Origin: Verrucomicrobiota bacterium
GTDB taxonomy: Bacteria > Chlamydiota > Chlamydiia > Chlamydiales > JAAKFR01
Assembly (NCBI GenBank): GCA_018239815.1
Contig: JAFEGP010000027.1
Location: 17,232 to 81,231 of the forward strand
Length of the DNA stretch: 64,000 nucleotides
Direction of reading: 5' to 3'
How positions within the stretch are numbered: the first letter of the stretch is position 1; the number at the start of each line of letters is the position of its first letter. The position numbers were made by a program, and so were the translations under genes. Below the pieces are notes generated by a model, which worked only from the letters and a program-made list of their open reading frames with translations, was not told the DNA's origin and made no database searches. Shown here piece after piece: positions 1-9,963 of this stretch.

Positions 1-439
1 CTAGAACAGATGCGTCATGAGCCTGCTTGGGAATGTAATGAAAATGAACATGAGGGACGGTTTGTCCTGCCTCTCTGCCATTTTTTTGCAGCAAGAGATA
101 GGAGGCGCTTTGATACTCTTGCATAGCTGCTTGATGGACTTTTTTTATGACAAGGCCAATTTGGGTCATTTCTTCATTTGTTAACATTTCAAAACGTTCT
201 GCATGTCGCTTAGGAATAATTAGACAATGCCCAGGAAAAATGGGGCGATGTGAGATTAAAGCTAAGACAAGTTCGTCTTCATAAAATTTTTGATTAGCTA
301 AGATAGTTGCATTGCAAAAAGCACAGGGAACCTCTGTTAAAGAAGGTTGTTCAGGAGATTTAACAAAGAAATAGCCTCCGCCTACAAAAACTATCAAAAT
401 GACAGGAATAAAAAAATATTTTTTCAACTTTGCGAACAT
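1..439 (-). CDS. HIT (histidine triad) family hydrolase with N-terminal membrane anchor; 3' end runs off the window
   Basis: My translation of the minus strand from the ATG (complement of 437..439) gives MFAKLKKYFFIPVILIVFVGGGYFF...FPGHCLIIPKRH...VPHVHFHYIPK. The HxHxHxx triad is present. The frame stays open to the window edge, so the gene is absent from the ORF track. Confidence 0.75.
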   Translation of the reverse strand, partial: MFAKLKKYFFIPVILIVFVGGGYFFVKSPEQPSLTEVPCAFCNATILANQKFYEDELVLALISHRPIFPGHCLIIPKRHAERFEMLTNEEMTQIGLVIKKVHQAAMQEYQSASYLLLQKNGREAGQTVPHVHFHYIPKQAHDASVL

Positions 440-689
440 AGGCATTAATTCTAAGAAGTTTGATAAATTTTGTGGAAGGTAAAAAATATTTGAACTTTAG
501 GTGAGATTTAAAGTTCATAGAAATTCATATTTAAAAAGTTTTTCCAGACCCTAAACGTATAAGGATCTTGTTTTAATTGTCTTTGCTATAGTATTGTTCT
601 CCCATTGTTTTTAGGCTGAAAAATAGGAAAGATTTTGACCTCTGGAGGTCCTGCAAAGGAGATAAGAGAGCTTTGTCTCACTTTTCAGG

Positions 690-718
690 TTGAATATTTT
701 TCTTGGGGCACGTATGAT
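690..718 (+). promoter_or_regulatory. sigma-70-like promoter candidate for the tRNA-Val/infC-rpmI-rplT-pheS unit
   Basis: TTGAAT (690..695), a 17 nt spacer, then TATGAT (713..718). It ends 16 nt before the tRNA 5' end. Confidence 0.4.
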
Positions 719-734
719 GCTGGGGTTTAAATAC

Positions 735-808
735 GGGGTATTAGCTCAGTTGGTTAGAGCGCCACGTTGACATCGTGGAGGTCAGCTGTTCGAGTCAGCT
801 ATATCCCA
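735..808 (+). tRNA. tRNA-Val (anticodon GAC)
   Basis: Cloverleaf read by eye. Acceptor GGGGTAT pairs with ATATCCC, and the D-arm is AGCTCAGTTGGTTAGAGC. Anticodon stem CCACG/CGTGG with loop TTGACAT. T-arm AGCTG-TTCGAGT-CAGCT, discriminator A. CCA is not encoded. Confidence 0.9.
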
Positions 809-829
809 GGACATAAATTAGGAGTTGGA

Positions 830-1339
830 TTGAACTTAAGAGTCAATCGTCAGATTAGAGTGCCGAAAGTACGAGTTGTAGGAGCAGATGGCTCTCAGCT
901 CGGAGTAATGCAGACCCGTGATGCTCAACAAGCTGCACAAGAACAGGGGTTAGATTTAGTTGAAGTAGCCCCGAATGCTGTGCCGCCTGTTTGTAAAATT
1001 ATTGACTACGGTAAGTTTCGCTATGAGCAAACGAAACGGGAAAAAGAAAGTAAAAAAGCCCAGCATCAAGTGAAAGTGAAAGAAATCAAGGTCAAGCCTA
1101 ATATTGACGACCATGATTTACAGACTAAAACACGACATGCTCGAGAATTTTTAGAAAAGGGAAATAAGGTCAAAGTCACGTGTATGTTCCGGGGGCGAGA
1201 AATGGCTTATCCCGAAAATGGGCGTAAAGTTGTAGACCGTTTAGTAGAGGATCTGTCGGATGTTTCCGTAGTTGAGGCTCCGGCAAAAATGATGGGGCGC
1301 AATTTATTTTGCGTGTTAGCCCCTGGTGGTAAGAAGTAA
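830..1339 (+). CDS. infC: translation initiation factor IF-3
   Basis: [21 protein letters not shown] and the C-terminal domain [19 protein letters not shown] are IF-3-like. The ORF-track start at 767 lies inside tRNA-Val. A TTG at 830 is preceded by AGGAG (819..823). IF-3 genes classically use non-ATG starts. Confidence 0.85.
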   Translation: MNLRVNRQIRVPKVRVVGADGSQLGVMQTRDAQQAAQEQGLDLVEVAPNAVPPVCKIIDYGKFRYEQTKREKESKKAQHQVKVKEIKVKPNIDDHDLQTKTRHAREFLEKGNKVKVTCMFRGREMAYPENGRKVVDRLVEDLSDVSVVEAPAKMMGRNLFCVLAPGGKK

Positions 1340-1350
1340 GGAGTCAAGAA

Positions 1351-1545
1351 ATGCCAAAGATGAAAACAAATAAATCAATGGCTTCCCGATTTAAAGTGAC
1401 GGGAACTGGCAAGCTGTTGAGAAGACATCCTGGAAGAAGGCATAAGCTGGAAAAGAAGTCGCCTAAAACAAAGCGACACCTGGGGAGCCCTGCTTTGGTG
1501 GATGTAACATTAGTTAAGATGTATAAAAGGAAAATGGGGGTTTAG
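1351..1545 (+). CDS. rpmI: 50S ribosomal protein L35
   Basis: [25 protein letters not shown] is typical of L35. It sits in the conserved infC-rpmI-rplT order. Confidence 0.95.
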   Translation: MPKMKTNKSMASRFKVTGTGKLLRRHPGRRHKLEKKSPKTKRHLGSPALVDVTLVKMYKRKMGV

Positions 1546-1547
1546 TC

Positions 1548-1907
1548 ATGGTAAGAGCCACAAGTTCTCCTGCTTCTCGTAGAAGTCGTAAGCGAACATT
1601 AAAACAAGCAAAAGGTTTCTGGGGAGATCGTAAAAACCATATTCGTCAGGCTAAAAATGCCGTGATGAGTGCGATGTCTTTCCATACTTGCCATCGTAAG
1701 TTAAAAAAGAGCGAGTTTCGTTCCCTATGGATCACACGTGTTGGAGTAGGGGCCAAACTTCACGGTCTTTCTTACAGCAAGATGATGTGTGGATTGAAAC
1801 GTGCTGGTTGTTTACTCAATCGTAAAATGCTATCTGAGATGGCTATTCACGATCCTGAGGCTTTTGGAAATGTTGCAGATATTGCTAAGAAAGCTCTTGC
1901 ATCTTAA
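1548..1907 (+). CDS. rplT: 50S ribosomal protein L20
   Basis: RRSRKRTLKQAKGFWG...RSLWITRV is L20-like. It starts 2 nt after rpmI. Confidence 0.95.
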   Translation: MVRATSSPASRRSRKRTLKQAKGFWGDRKNHIRQAKNAVMSAMSFHTCHRKLKKSEFRSLWITRVGVGAKLHGLSYSKMMCGLKRAGCLLNRKMLSEMAIHDPEAFGNVADIAKKALAS

Positions 1908-2920
1908 TGAATCTACAGTCGCTTCGCGATCAATTTCTACTCGATCTTGCTCAATGTACGCATAGTAAGGACATTGAGCATGTCAAAGTTTCCTATTTAG
2001 GAAAAAAAGGGCATGTTTCAGCTCTTATGGCTGATCTTAGGCATGCTTCAAGCCAAGAAAGGCCTCTTTTAGGTCAGCAGATTAATGACCTAAAACAAGA
2101 AATTACACAGAAGCTAGAAGCTCGTTATGAGCAGCTAGCTTCTGCTGAGTTAAATATTCGTTTAGAACAAGAATGGATAGATGTTTCTTTGCCTGGGACT
2201 GCACGTGCCACAGGTCGTGAACATGTTATTGTCAAAACATTACATGAAGCGATTGAAATCCTACGCAACATGGGATTTTCAGTTCAGTACGGTCCAGATA
2301 TTGAGACAGAGTATTATAATTTTGAAGCTCTCAATTTCCCTAAAGATCATCCTGCACGTGACATGCAAGATACGTTTTATCTTCAACCTAATATTTTGTT
2401 GCGTACACATACGTCCAATACGCAAGTGCGTGTGATGGAAAGTACAACGCCTCCTTTACGTATCATTGCACCTGGTAAATGTTTTCGCAGTGAAGATGTT
2501 TCTAGACGCTCTCATGTTAGCTTTCACCAAATTGAAGGATTATACGTTGATAAACATGTCACTTTTGCAGATCTGTTTTCGACCTTAGAGGAGTTTTTTG
2601 GAAAACTCTTTCAGAGTGATCTGAAAATGCGTTTTCGACCCAGTTATTTTCCTTTTGTTGAGCCTGGTGTAGAAGTTGATGTATCATGTATGATGTGCCA
2701 AGGACACGGTTGTTCCATTTGCAAGAAAAGCGGATGGTTGGAAGTTGCGGGGGCTGGTATGGTGCATCCTGAGGTTTTAAAATACGGAGGCATCGATTCC
2801 GAGCAATATAGTGGATATGCTTGGGGTTTTGGGCTTGAACGTATTGCCATGTTAAGGTATGGTGTTCCTGACATTCGTTTGTTTATGGAAAACAGGCTGA
2901 GTTTTCTGGAACAGTTTTAG
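1907..2920 (+). CDS. pheS: phenylalanine--tRNA ligase alpha subunit
   Basis: HPARDMQDTFY, FPFVEPGVEVDV and GWAWGFGLERIAMLRYG are class II PheS motifs. There is a TAATG overlap with the rplT stop. Confidence 0.95.
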   Translation: MNLQSLRDQFLLDLAQCTHSKDIEHVKVSYLGKKGHVSALMADLRHASSQERPLLGQQINDLKQEITQKLEARYEQLASAELNIRLEQEWIDVSLPGTARATGREHVIVKTLHEAIEILRNMGFSVQYGPDIETEYYNFEALNFPKDHPARDMQDTFYLQPNILLRTHTSNTQVRVMESTTPPLRIIAPGKCFRSEDVSRRSHVSFHQIEGLYVDKHVTFADLFSTLEEFFGKLFQSDLKMRFRPSYFPFVEPGVEVDVSCMMCQGHGCSICKKSGWLEVAGAGMVHPEVLKYGGIDSEQYSGYAWGFGLERIAMLRYGVPDIRLFMENRLSFLEQF

Positions 2921-2931
2921 AGTTTGTGTAC

Positions 2932-3018
2932 GGAAGAGTGGCAGAGTGGCCGATTGCGCCTGTCTTGAAAACAGGAGGCCCTGAGAGGGGTCCGTGGGTT
3001 CGAATCCTACCTCTTCCG
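2932..3018 (+). tRNA. tRNA-Ser (anticodon UGA), class II with long variable arm
   Basis: Acceptor GGAAGAG pairs with CTCTTCC. Anticodon stem CCTGT/ACAGG with loop CTTGAAA. Long variable arm GGCCCTGAGAGGGGTCC, T-arm GTGGGTTCGAATCCTAC, discriminator G. Confidence 0.9.
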
Positions 3019-3166
3019 TCCTTTTAAATTTCTCCTCATCACACACTCAGATTCTACGCAGGTTTTTCAAAGACATTGCTGATATTTTTGTATTCTTGTG
3101 TAGAGTTTTAAATTTCTGGATTTTTTCACAGAAATGCTAAGATTTAAAAGTTGAGCATAGCAGCGC

Positions 3167-3577
3167 TTAACACCCTGTCCCAGGCATTAATACTGTAGGC
3201 ACTAGATGATCTTCTTCCAAAGCATAAGTTTTATTAGGGACAACATCGACCCAGTTTGTTAAAAGATCGGGTCCTCCCTCTCCCTTTGACCACACTAACA
3301 CTCTAAAATATTCAGCGGAGTTAGGAAGTTCTACAGCAATTTTTCTGGATTGATTCAAGGTGTGTAGGGTCTGTGGGTCCACATCAGCATTGCATCCACA
3401 CATTAAAGCTTGATTATCCTCATTGACTTCTTGTGCTGAGCTAGCCCATTGGATCGCAATCTTTGAATTTGGATGTTGGGAGGGATAACTAGTCTCATTG
3501 TCCAAGGTGATAGTTGTAGCAAACACAGGGCTTGCCATAGCTAAAAAAGTCAGGAGTATGGTTTTAATTTTTTTCAT
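3167..3577 (-). CDS. small exported hypothetical protein
   Basis: 136 aa ORF with signal peptide MKKIKTILLTFLAMASPVFA. It lies 13 nt downstream of the formamidase-like gene on the same strand. I recognise no family. Confidence 0.6.
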   Translation of the reverse strand: MKKIKTILLTFLAMASPVFATTITLDNETSYPSQHPNSKIAIQWASSAQEVNEDNQALMCGCNADVDPQTLHTLNQSRKIAVELPNSAEYFRVLVWSKGEGGPDLLTNWVDVVPNKTYALEEDHLVPTVLMPGTGC

Positions 3578-3590
3578 GTTTTACCTGTTG

Positions 3591-4793
3591 TTATTCGAGT
3601 GTGATGCCTTCTTGAGGTACGCAGGGCGCTTCCGTGTTAAGGACTGGGGTCTTAAGAGGAAAAACCCCCTCTTTGCAAAGAGTTAGAGGTTTACCCCGGC
3701 CTTTAAATGGTTCCTTCGGAATATGGACAGTGACGTTTTTAATAACATTGACAGCTTCGGCGATTTCAAAATCTCCAACCATGCTTAAAAATTGATAAGC
3801 TTCTTCAGGAGTAAAACCTTGCACGCGTACTAAAAAGTCTATGGCATTTCTTGCAGCCAGTTTCATGGCTTCAAATAGATCGATATTTAACCCTACGATC
3901 ATCCAATGGGTTGCATTTTCAATGATAGGCCATGTAAAAGCATTGCCAGTTTTTCTTTTTGTTTTGTCTAAAACTCCTTCTGCTTTGAGGTCTTTTCTGA
4001 CAATAAATTGTAAGGTAATGGCTTCATAAGAAGTTTCTAAAGCTGTAATATCGATTTCACCATTGCTTTGCATGGCATGAGAATCTCCTGTCCAAACAAG
4101 AGCTCCTTTTTGAAAAACAGGAAGAAAAATAATCGAACCCGCTTGAAGTTCAGGTTGATCTAAATTGCCTCCAAAAGGTCCAGGAGGTACAGAATTAAAC
4201 TCTCCCTTCACAGGTTGTACCATATGCTCTTTAAAATTGACCGGCCATTCATTAGGCCAGTCCAAAGGAGGTGCTACAGCTAAAACACCGGGAAAAGGCT
4301 TGAGTTGTAAGCATACACCAGGCAGAAACTCAGTAGTGGTTCGTTGCTCATTATATTTAAAGTATTTGATTCTTGGTTTGGTAAACTCTGAAAGGATACC
4401 TTGAGTAGGACTTAAAAAGTTATAACCAAAATCATTGAGTTTAATATCTAATACTCTGATTTCTAAAACATCCCCAGGCTCTGCTCCTTCCACGTAGACA
4501 GGCCCTGTAAGGGTGTGCATGCCTCGTCGTTGTTGAATGTCATGCTCAGTGTAGAATTTAGCAACATCAGCAGGTGTGGTTTTATTGAAAACCATTTCAT
4601 GAAGGCAACTGTTCCATGTTTCCATAGAAACTGTGTCTCCTGATCGAACTTTTACAACAGGCTCTTTATTTAACATAAAAAGCCCAAGAGTTGTTGTCTC
4701 ATCTGTAGCGGGAATCTTGTAAATTTCTCCACCAAGTGAAGAAATTTGTAGTGTTGCAAAAAGAACCGAAAGGATATTTATTTTTTTTAACAT
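3591..4793 (-). CDS. acetamidase/formamidase family protein with N-terminal signal peptide
   Basis: TGPVYVEGAEPGDVLEIRVLDI resembles the FmdA/AmdA family signature region. The N-terminus MLKKINILSVLFATLQISSLGG looks like a signal peptide. Confidence 0.75.
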   Translation of the reverse strand: MLKKINILSVLFATLQISSLGGEIYKIPATDETTTLGLFMLNKEPVVKVRSGDTVSMETWNSCLHEMVFNKTTPADVAKFYTEHDIQQRRGMHTLTGPVYVEGAEPGDVLEIRVLDIKLNDFGYNFLSPTQGILSEFTKPRIKYFKYNEQRTTTEFLPGVCLQLKPFPGVLAVAPPLDWPNEWPVNFKEHMVQPVKGEFNSVPPGPFGGNLDQPELQAGSIIFLPVFQKGALVWTGDSHAMQSNGEIDITALETSYEAITLQFIVRKDLKAEGVLDKTKRKTGNAFTWPIIENATHWMIVGLNIDLFEAMKLAARNAIDFLVRVQGFTPEEAYQFLSMVGDFEIAEAVNVIKNVTVHIPKEPFKGRGKPLTLCKEGVFPLKTPVLNTEAPCVPQEGITLE

Positions 4794-4883
4794 TCCTGCT
4801 CCATTTAAAAAAATAACTATGTAGGCTTTGCGATAAAGAAATGCAAGGATAATTTTTGTGCGTCTTAAGATTTTATCATATGC

Positions 4884-4910
4884 GCTGTAAAACCCACTCT
4901 TTCAGGGTAG
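4884..4910. repeat. solo copy of the terminal motif shared with the IS630-like remnant at 47551..47578
   Basis: GCTGTAAAACCCACTCTTTCAGGGTAG here versus GCTGTAAAACCCGCTCTTTTAGAGGTAG at 47551. A second shared block is ATAGGATTCCC here versus ATAGGGTTCCC there. A local inverted partner GGGTTTTGC lies about 35 nt downstream. Confidence 0.6.
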
Positions 4911-5060
4911 TGTGTAAGGTGCAAACAGGGTTTTGCGGCGATGATAGGATTCCCATTACCTAGTTTCATTAACGGAACTGCAAAATTATTAGGTTTTTTT
5001 ATTTTTTTTTGGCACACTCAGTGTTAAAAACATTTACAAGCCGCTTAGGAGAAGTAAGCA

Positions 5061-6113
5061 ATGACCTCTTTGTGTCGCTATGCCATGGAATCTAATATCC
5101 TATGGGTTATTGCAAGTAGTTATATTGTCGCGTTTATTGTCTATACAGTCGTGTATGCGATTGCTAAAAAGCTAGCGCACCGCACCTTTTGGACAAAACA
5201 TTTAGTAAAACGGTTGCGTCTTCCTTTGCTTCTAATTTTGCTTGAGTTTGCAACGTTATTTTGTGTTTTGAGTTTTGGTTTTAGTGCGCAAATGACCACA
5301 GATTTAAGCCGTGTGATCGGTATTCTGACCATTGGTACTTTTGGAGCTGGGATGTTGATCACTGCTCATGAAGTCTTTCATCATATGTTTCGTCAACTTG
5401 CTAAAGAAGCTCAAAAAGATATGGAAAGACGAGCTTCTCTTACACAAGTTATTTTCCTATATCGAGCGGTTGTTATAGGTATTATTCTGCTAACACTGGG
5501 AGCTGCCTTCCTAGTCTTTCCTTATATCAAAAGCCTTGGTTTTGGAATTTTAGGTTCTGCAGGGGTGCTAGGAATCGCCATGGGTATGGCAGCTCGTCCT
5601 ATTTTATTGAATCTCTTGGCAGGCTTTCAGATAGGCATGTCCAAAATCATTAAGATTGGGGACAGGGTTGTGATCAATAATCAAGACGCATATGTAGAAA
5701 GGATTCAGCTTACAAGGATTATTCTTCGAACCTGGGATCAACGCCGTATTTTAATTCCTATCTCACAACTTGTGGATCAACCCTTTGAAAATTGGGATTT
5801 AGAACTTGCAGATAGCGTCGGATCAGTTTTTTTACATTGCGATTTTACAGTTCCTCTTGAGGCGATTAGAAATAAATTTTTCGAGCTTGTTTACGCTCAT
5901 CCGGCCTATAATGGGCACATAGCTACGGTTCATGTTACAGATTCTTCCGCGCTAACGATGGAAATACGTCTAGCTATGAGCTCCAAAGATTCGTCCACTA
6001 ACTTTGAATTACGCTGCTATATTCGAGAAAAAATGATCGATTACCTGCAAAAAGAATACCCCTTATCTTTGCCCTGTTCTCGGTATAAAAACCTTCCTGT
6101 CCCGAGTAAATAA
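5061..6113 (+). CDS. mechanosensitive ion channel (MscS family) protein
   Basis: Multiple N-terminal TM segments followed by the pore-helix/beta-domain motif ARPILLNLLAGFQIGMSKIIKIGDRVVI. AGGAG lies 9 nt upstream of the ATG. Confidence 0.8.
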   Translation: MTSLCRYAMESNILWVIASSYIVAFIVYTVVYAIAKKLAHRTFWTKHLVKRLRLPLLLILLEFATLFCVLSFGFSAQMTTDLSRVIGILTIGTFGAGMLITAHEVFHHMFRQLAKEAQKDMERRASLTQVIFLYRAVVIGIILLTLGAAFLVFPYIKSLGFGILGSAGVLGIAMGMAARPILLNLLAGFQIGMSKIIKIGDRVVINNQDAYVERIQLTRIILRTWDQRRILIPISQLVDQPFENWDLELADSVGSVFLHCDFTVPLEAIRNKFFELVYAHPAYNGHIATVHVTDSSALTMEIRLAMSSKDSSTNFELRCYIREKMIDYLQKEYPLSLPCSRYKNLPVPSK

Positions 6114-6233
6114 GACCTAGTCCGCTCCTATTAAAATATGTTTTTAATAATCTTTATTTTAATTAATTGTATTAAGTCATTATTAATCAATTGTTAATAT
6201 TAATTTTATAAAATTGATACTTAGGGGGGAACT

Positions 6234-7508
6234 ATGGCAACAGTAGGAGGGGCACACCCTTCTCATACTCTATACATGATACCAACAACAGCTGCAGATG
6301 CTGAGGCTTTGGGGCTTTTACAGGCTGCAGCTCAAAAGATAGCCGATTTGGCTGTTTTGATTTGGTATATGCTAGAGCATGTCTTTTGCTATTTGACAAG
6401 TTATGATCTCGATAGAGTAGAGCATGTATTCGGCAACGGGGTCATTTGCCTTACCCATAATTACGGAAAATTGAGCGATTTATCTAAGTACGTTGCCCTG
6501 CAAAGAAATCCCCCTCGAATTCATCAAAAGGTTAAAGAAGAAGCTTCTCGACTAGGCTTTACAATTGAAGAAGAGGCCGTGGTTGTTCCTAAGCCTCATA
6601 ATGAAGGGCATTGTTTTGGTAATACCGTTCACTTTCTAAAAACATGGTTAACAACCCGTGATATCCGACAAATAGCCGCCGATTTTTATGAAGGTTCTCC
6701 TATTGTAGGAGCGCTTTATCAAGAGGTCTATGCAAACCTATACCAGTCCATCCATTACTCTTTTGTTACAGATAGTCTTTGCCACCTGATTGATGATTGG
6801 AGTGAAAATGCCTTGAATGAGGAAAAAGAAAAATGGAAAAATCAATCAATTAAAGCAGAAGCTTTATTGCTTTTAGATGCCACAGCTGATTATTTAAGAA
6901 AAGGTTTTCGTCCTACAAATGAGAGTTATTTTAACTACGTTTATAAGTGGATGAAAGACCATCACAATTTAAGTCTGGCCGGCACGTTATATGCCTCAAT
7001 TCGAGAGGTGGATACCCATTATAAGGATGAGAGAATGCGAGATTGGGAACACTCAGTCTCTGCTTTATCAGATATGGGCCTAGAGGTTAAAACAACTCAC
7101 CATCAAGCTCATCAAGCTAAAGATGTTTTAGAAACTTTAAAACACCTAAAAACAGGCTCTTATGAAATGTCATTACCAATCTATAGTCTAACTGGTAAGC
7201 TAAAAGGTTTTCATAGCATAGGACTGATTATCACAGAGTCCGGGACATGTTACCTGTTAGAGTCTAACCTTGCCATAGGTGTGATTAAAAGAACTGAACT
7301 AGTACAGACAGTAGGCAGACTGTTTACCGAATACACCGGCCTTGATTACACAAACACACTAGAAGGAGAAAGACCCTCTTCGTGGAAACGTATCGCTAAT
7401 ATTATTCAAGAACGTGCTAACCCTCCCAAAGACCTTTCTATGCCTTATTTTGGTCTTTTAGAAGTTGAGTTAAGCTCAACTTTGAAAGATTCTTCATCGG
7501 CGGCTTAA
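6234..7508 (+). CDS. hypothetical protein, candidate papain-fold (YopT/C58-like) cysteine protease effector
   Basis: 424 aa ORF with a G-rich RBS and a very AT-rich upstream region. It contains EGHCFGNTVHFLKTW (Cys127) and GFHSIGLIITESGTCYLLESNLAIG, with His327 and Glu343 16 residues apart. Confidence 0.6.
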   Translation: MATVGGAHPSHTLYMIPTTAADAEALGLLQAAAQKIADLAVLIWYMLEHVFCYLTSYDLDRVEHVFGNGVICLTHNYGKLSDLSKYVALQRNPPRIHQKVKEEASRLGFTIEEEAVVVPKPHNEGHCFGNTVHFLKTWLTTRDIRQIAADFYEGSPIVGALYQEVYANLYQSIHYSFVTDSLCHLIDDWSENALNEEKEKWKNQSIKAEALLLLDATADYLRKGFRPTNESYFNYVYKWMKDHHNLSLAGTLYASIREVDTHYKDERMRDWEHSVSALSDMGLEVKTTHHQAHQAKDVLETLKHLKTGSYEMSLPIYSLTGKLKGFHSIGLIITESGTCYLLESNLAIGVIKRTELVQTVGRLFTEYTGLDYTNTLEGERPSSWKRIANIIQERANPPKDLSMPYFGLLEVELSSTLKDSSSAA

Positions 7509-7581
7509 GATTTTAAAAACTGATGTTTGTTTTCATAGGAAAGACTGGATTCTTAATGCTGCTGTGCTTTAGAACAGCGGT

Positions 7582-9963
7582 ATGGATCAGACCAGCACTT
7601 TTCAGGCTTTGTTAAGCCAAGAAGAGCTCAATGCCCTACATGCTTATTGGAGAGCTGCTAATTTTTTGTCTCTTGGACAGATTTATCTTTTAGATAATCC
7701 TTTGCTAAGGGAGCCTTTGCAAGCCCAACACATCAAACCTAGACTACTAGGTCACTGGGGGACCACTCCAGGATTGAACTTCATTTATACCCATCTCAAT
7801 CGCATTCTTTGTCAGCACAAACGTAATTTAATTTTTTTGGCAGGTCCTGGTCACGGTGGTCCTGCTCTTGTTGCGAATACTTATTTAGAAGGAACTTATA
7901 GCCAGTATTATCCTGATGTTTCCTTCGATATTAAGGGATTAAAACATTTGGTGCGTCAGTTTTCCTTCCCAGGAGGCATCCCAAGTCATGCTGCTCCAGA
8001 GACTCCAGGATCTATACATGAGGGAGGGGAGTTAGGCTACTCTCTTTCTCACGCATTTGGTGCTGTTTTTGATAATCCTGATCTTATCGCATGTTGTGTA
8101 ATTGGAGATGGAGAAGCGGAAACGGGACCACTTGCAGCAAGCTGGCATTCTAACAAATTTCTCAATCCCGCTTCAGATGGTGCTGTGTTACCCATTTTGC
8201 ATCTTAATGGCTACAAAATCGCCAACCCCACAATTTTAGCGCGCATTTCCCATCAAGAGCTGGAAGCCTTATTTATAGGATTGGGCTATGCACCCTATTT
8301 TGTGGAGGGTGAAGATCCTTTTGAAATGCACCACAAGATGGCTAAAACTCTAGATGAAGTATTCATAGTTATCGATAACATCCAACATGAGGCAAGAATA
8401 CAAAAACAAGCTTCTCGCCCTCGTTGGCCTATGATAGTATTGAAAACACCTAAGGGATGGACTGCACCCAAAACTTGGAAAGGACAGAAATTAGAAGGAA
8501 GCTACAGAAGCCACCAAGTGCCAATTTTAGATGTTCAAACAGATCCACAGGCTTTGAAATGTTTGGAAAACTGGTTATTGAGTTATAAACCCGAAACATT
8601 ATTTAACGCACAAGGCGCTGTTTGTGAAGAAGTATTAAAACTTGTTCCTCCCAAAGAACGAAGAATGGGATCTAATCCGCATGCTAATGGAGGTATGTTA
8701 CTTAAAGATTTGCGCGTTCCAGATTTTCGTGATTATGCTTTTAATATCGAGCAACATGGAACTAAGTTATTTGAAACAGCCTCCGTATTAGGTGAATTTT
8801 TAAGAGATATCGTATCTCTTAATCAAGCTGAAAAAAATTTCAGGGTCTTTGGACCGGATGAAACAGCTTCTAATAGACTGTCTGCGCTTTTTCAAGTCAC
8901 AAACCGTGTTTTTTTGGCAGAGACTCAATCAGATGATGACCACCTTGCAGGAGAGGGTCGTGTTATGGAAATTCTTAGCGAACATACCTGTCAAGGTTGG
9001 CTAGAAGGTTATCTCTTAACAGGTCGACATGGCTTTTTTTCTTGTTATGAGGGCTTTATCCATATTGTAGACTCCATGTTTAATCAATTTGCTAAATGGC
9101 TCAAAGTAAGTCGACAAATATCTTGGAGACGCCCTATTGCATCTTTAAATTATTTTCTCACGTCGCATGTCTGGAGACAAGATCATAATGGATTTTCTCA
9201 TCAAGATCCCGGTTTTATTGATCATGTTGTCAATAAAAAGGCCTATATTATCCGAGTCTACCTTCCTCCAGATGCTAACACGTTGCTTTCCGTAGCTAAT
9301 CATTGTCTCAAGAGTCGTGATTATGTGAATGTGGTCATTGCAGGTAAGCATCCCGCTTTGCAGTATCTGTCCATGGAGGAAGCTATTGCTCATTGTTCTA
9401 AGGGGATTGGAATGTGGGTATGGGCAAGTAACGATTTCCCAAAAGAACCTGATGTTGTGATGGCATGTTGTGGCGATATCCCAACATTAGAAACATTAGC
9501 AGCTGTCGACTTGCTTCGTCAGTTAGCGCCAGATATTAAAATACGTGTTGTGAATGTTGTAGATTTGATGGTGTTACAACCTCCTAGTGAACATCCACAT
9601 GGTTTGCCAGATCGTGAATTTGATGATCTATTCACAACACATCAGCCGATTGTCTTTGCTTTCCACGGCTATCCTTTTCTTATTCATCGTCTGACTTATC
9701 GCAGAACCAATCATAAGAATTTACATGTCAGAGGTTATAAAGAAGAGGGGACCACCACAACACCTTTTGATATGTGTGTATTAAATGAAATAGATAGATT
9801 TCATTTGGTCATGGATGTGATTGATAGAATTGAACGTTTTGAACATATAAGAGGTTACATTCGTCACGAGATGGAAAAACGGTTGACTGCTCACAAGGAA
9901 TATATCACTCAAGTAGGAGATGATTTGCCTGAAATTAAATCTTGGACATGGCCCTACTCATGA
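7582..9963 (+). CDS. xfp: phosphoketolase (xylulose-5-P/fructose-6-P phosphoketolase)
   Basis: 793 aa with [22 protein letters not shown] and [11 protein letters not shown], which are XFP/ThDP-enzyme signatures. Confidence 0.92.
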   Translation: MDQTSTFQALLSQEELNALHAYWRAANFLSLGQIYLLDNPLLREPLQAQHIKPRLLGHWGTTPGLNFIYTHLNRILCQHKRNLIFLAGPGHGGPALVANTYLEGTYSQYYPDVSFDIKGLKHLVRQFSFPGGIPSHAAPETPGSIHEGGELGYSLSHAFGAVFDNPDLIACCVIGDGEAETGPLAASWHSNKFLNPASDGAVLPILHLNGYKIANPTILARISHQELEALFIGLGYAPYFVEGEDPFEMHHKMAKTLDEVFIVIDNIQHEARIQKQASRPRWPMIVLKTPKGWTAPKTWKGQKLEGSYRSHQVPILDVQTDPQALKCLENWLLSYKPETLFNAQGAVCEEVLKLVPPKERRMGSNPHANGGMLLKDLRVPDFRDYAFNIEQHGTKLFETASVLGEFLRDIVSLNQAEKNFRVFGPDETASNRLSALFQVTNRVFLAETQSDDDHLAGEGRVMEILSEHTCQGWLEGYLLTGRHGFFSCYEGFIHIVDSMFNQFAKWLKVSRQISWRRPIASLNYFLTSHVWRQDHNGFSHQDPGFIDHVVNKKAYIIRVYLPPDANTLLSVANHCLKSRDYVNVVIAGKHPALQYLSMEEAIAHCSKGIGMWVWASNDFPKEPDVVMACCGDIPTLETLAAVDLLRQLAPDIKIRVVNVVDLMVLQPPSEHPHGLPDREFDDLFTTHQPIVFAFHGYPFLIHRLTYRRTNHKNLHVRGYKEEGTTTTPFDMCVLNEIDRFHLVMDVIDRIERFEHIRGYIRHEMEKRLTAHKEYITQVGDDLPEIKSWTWPYS

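Noticed and set aside
767-829. ORF-track start of infC at 767
   Set aside because: It lies inside the tRNA-Val gene (735..808), so the real start must be downstream.
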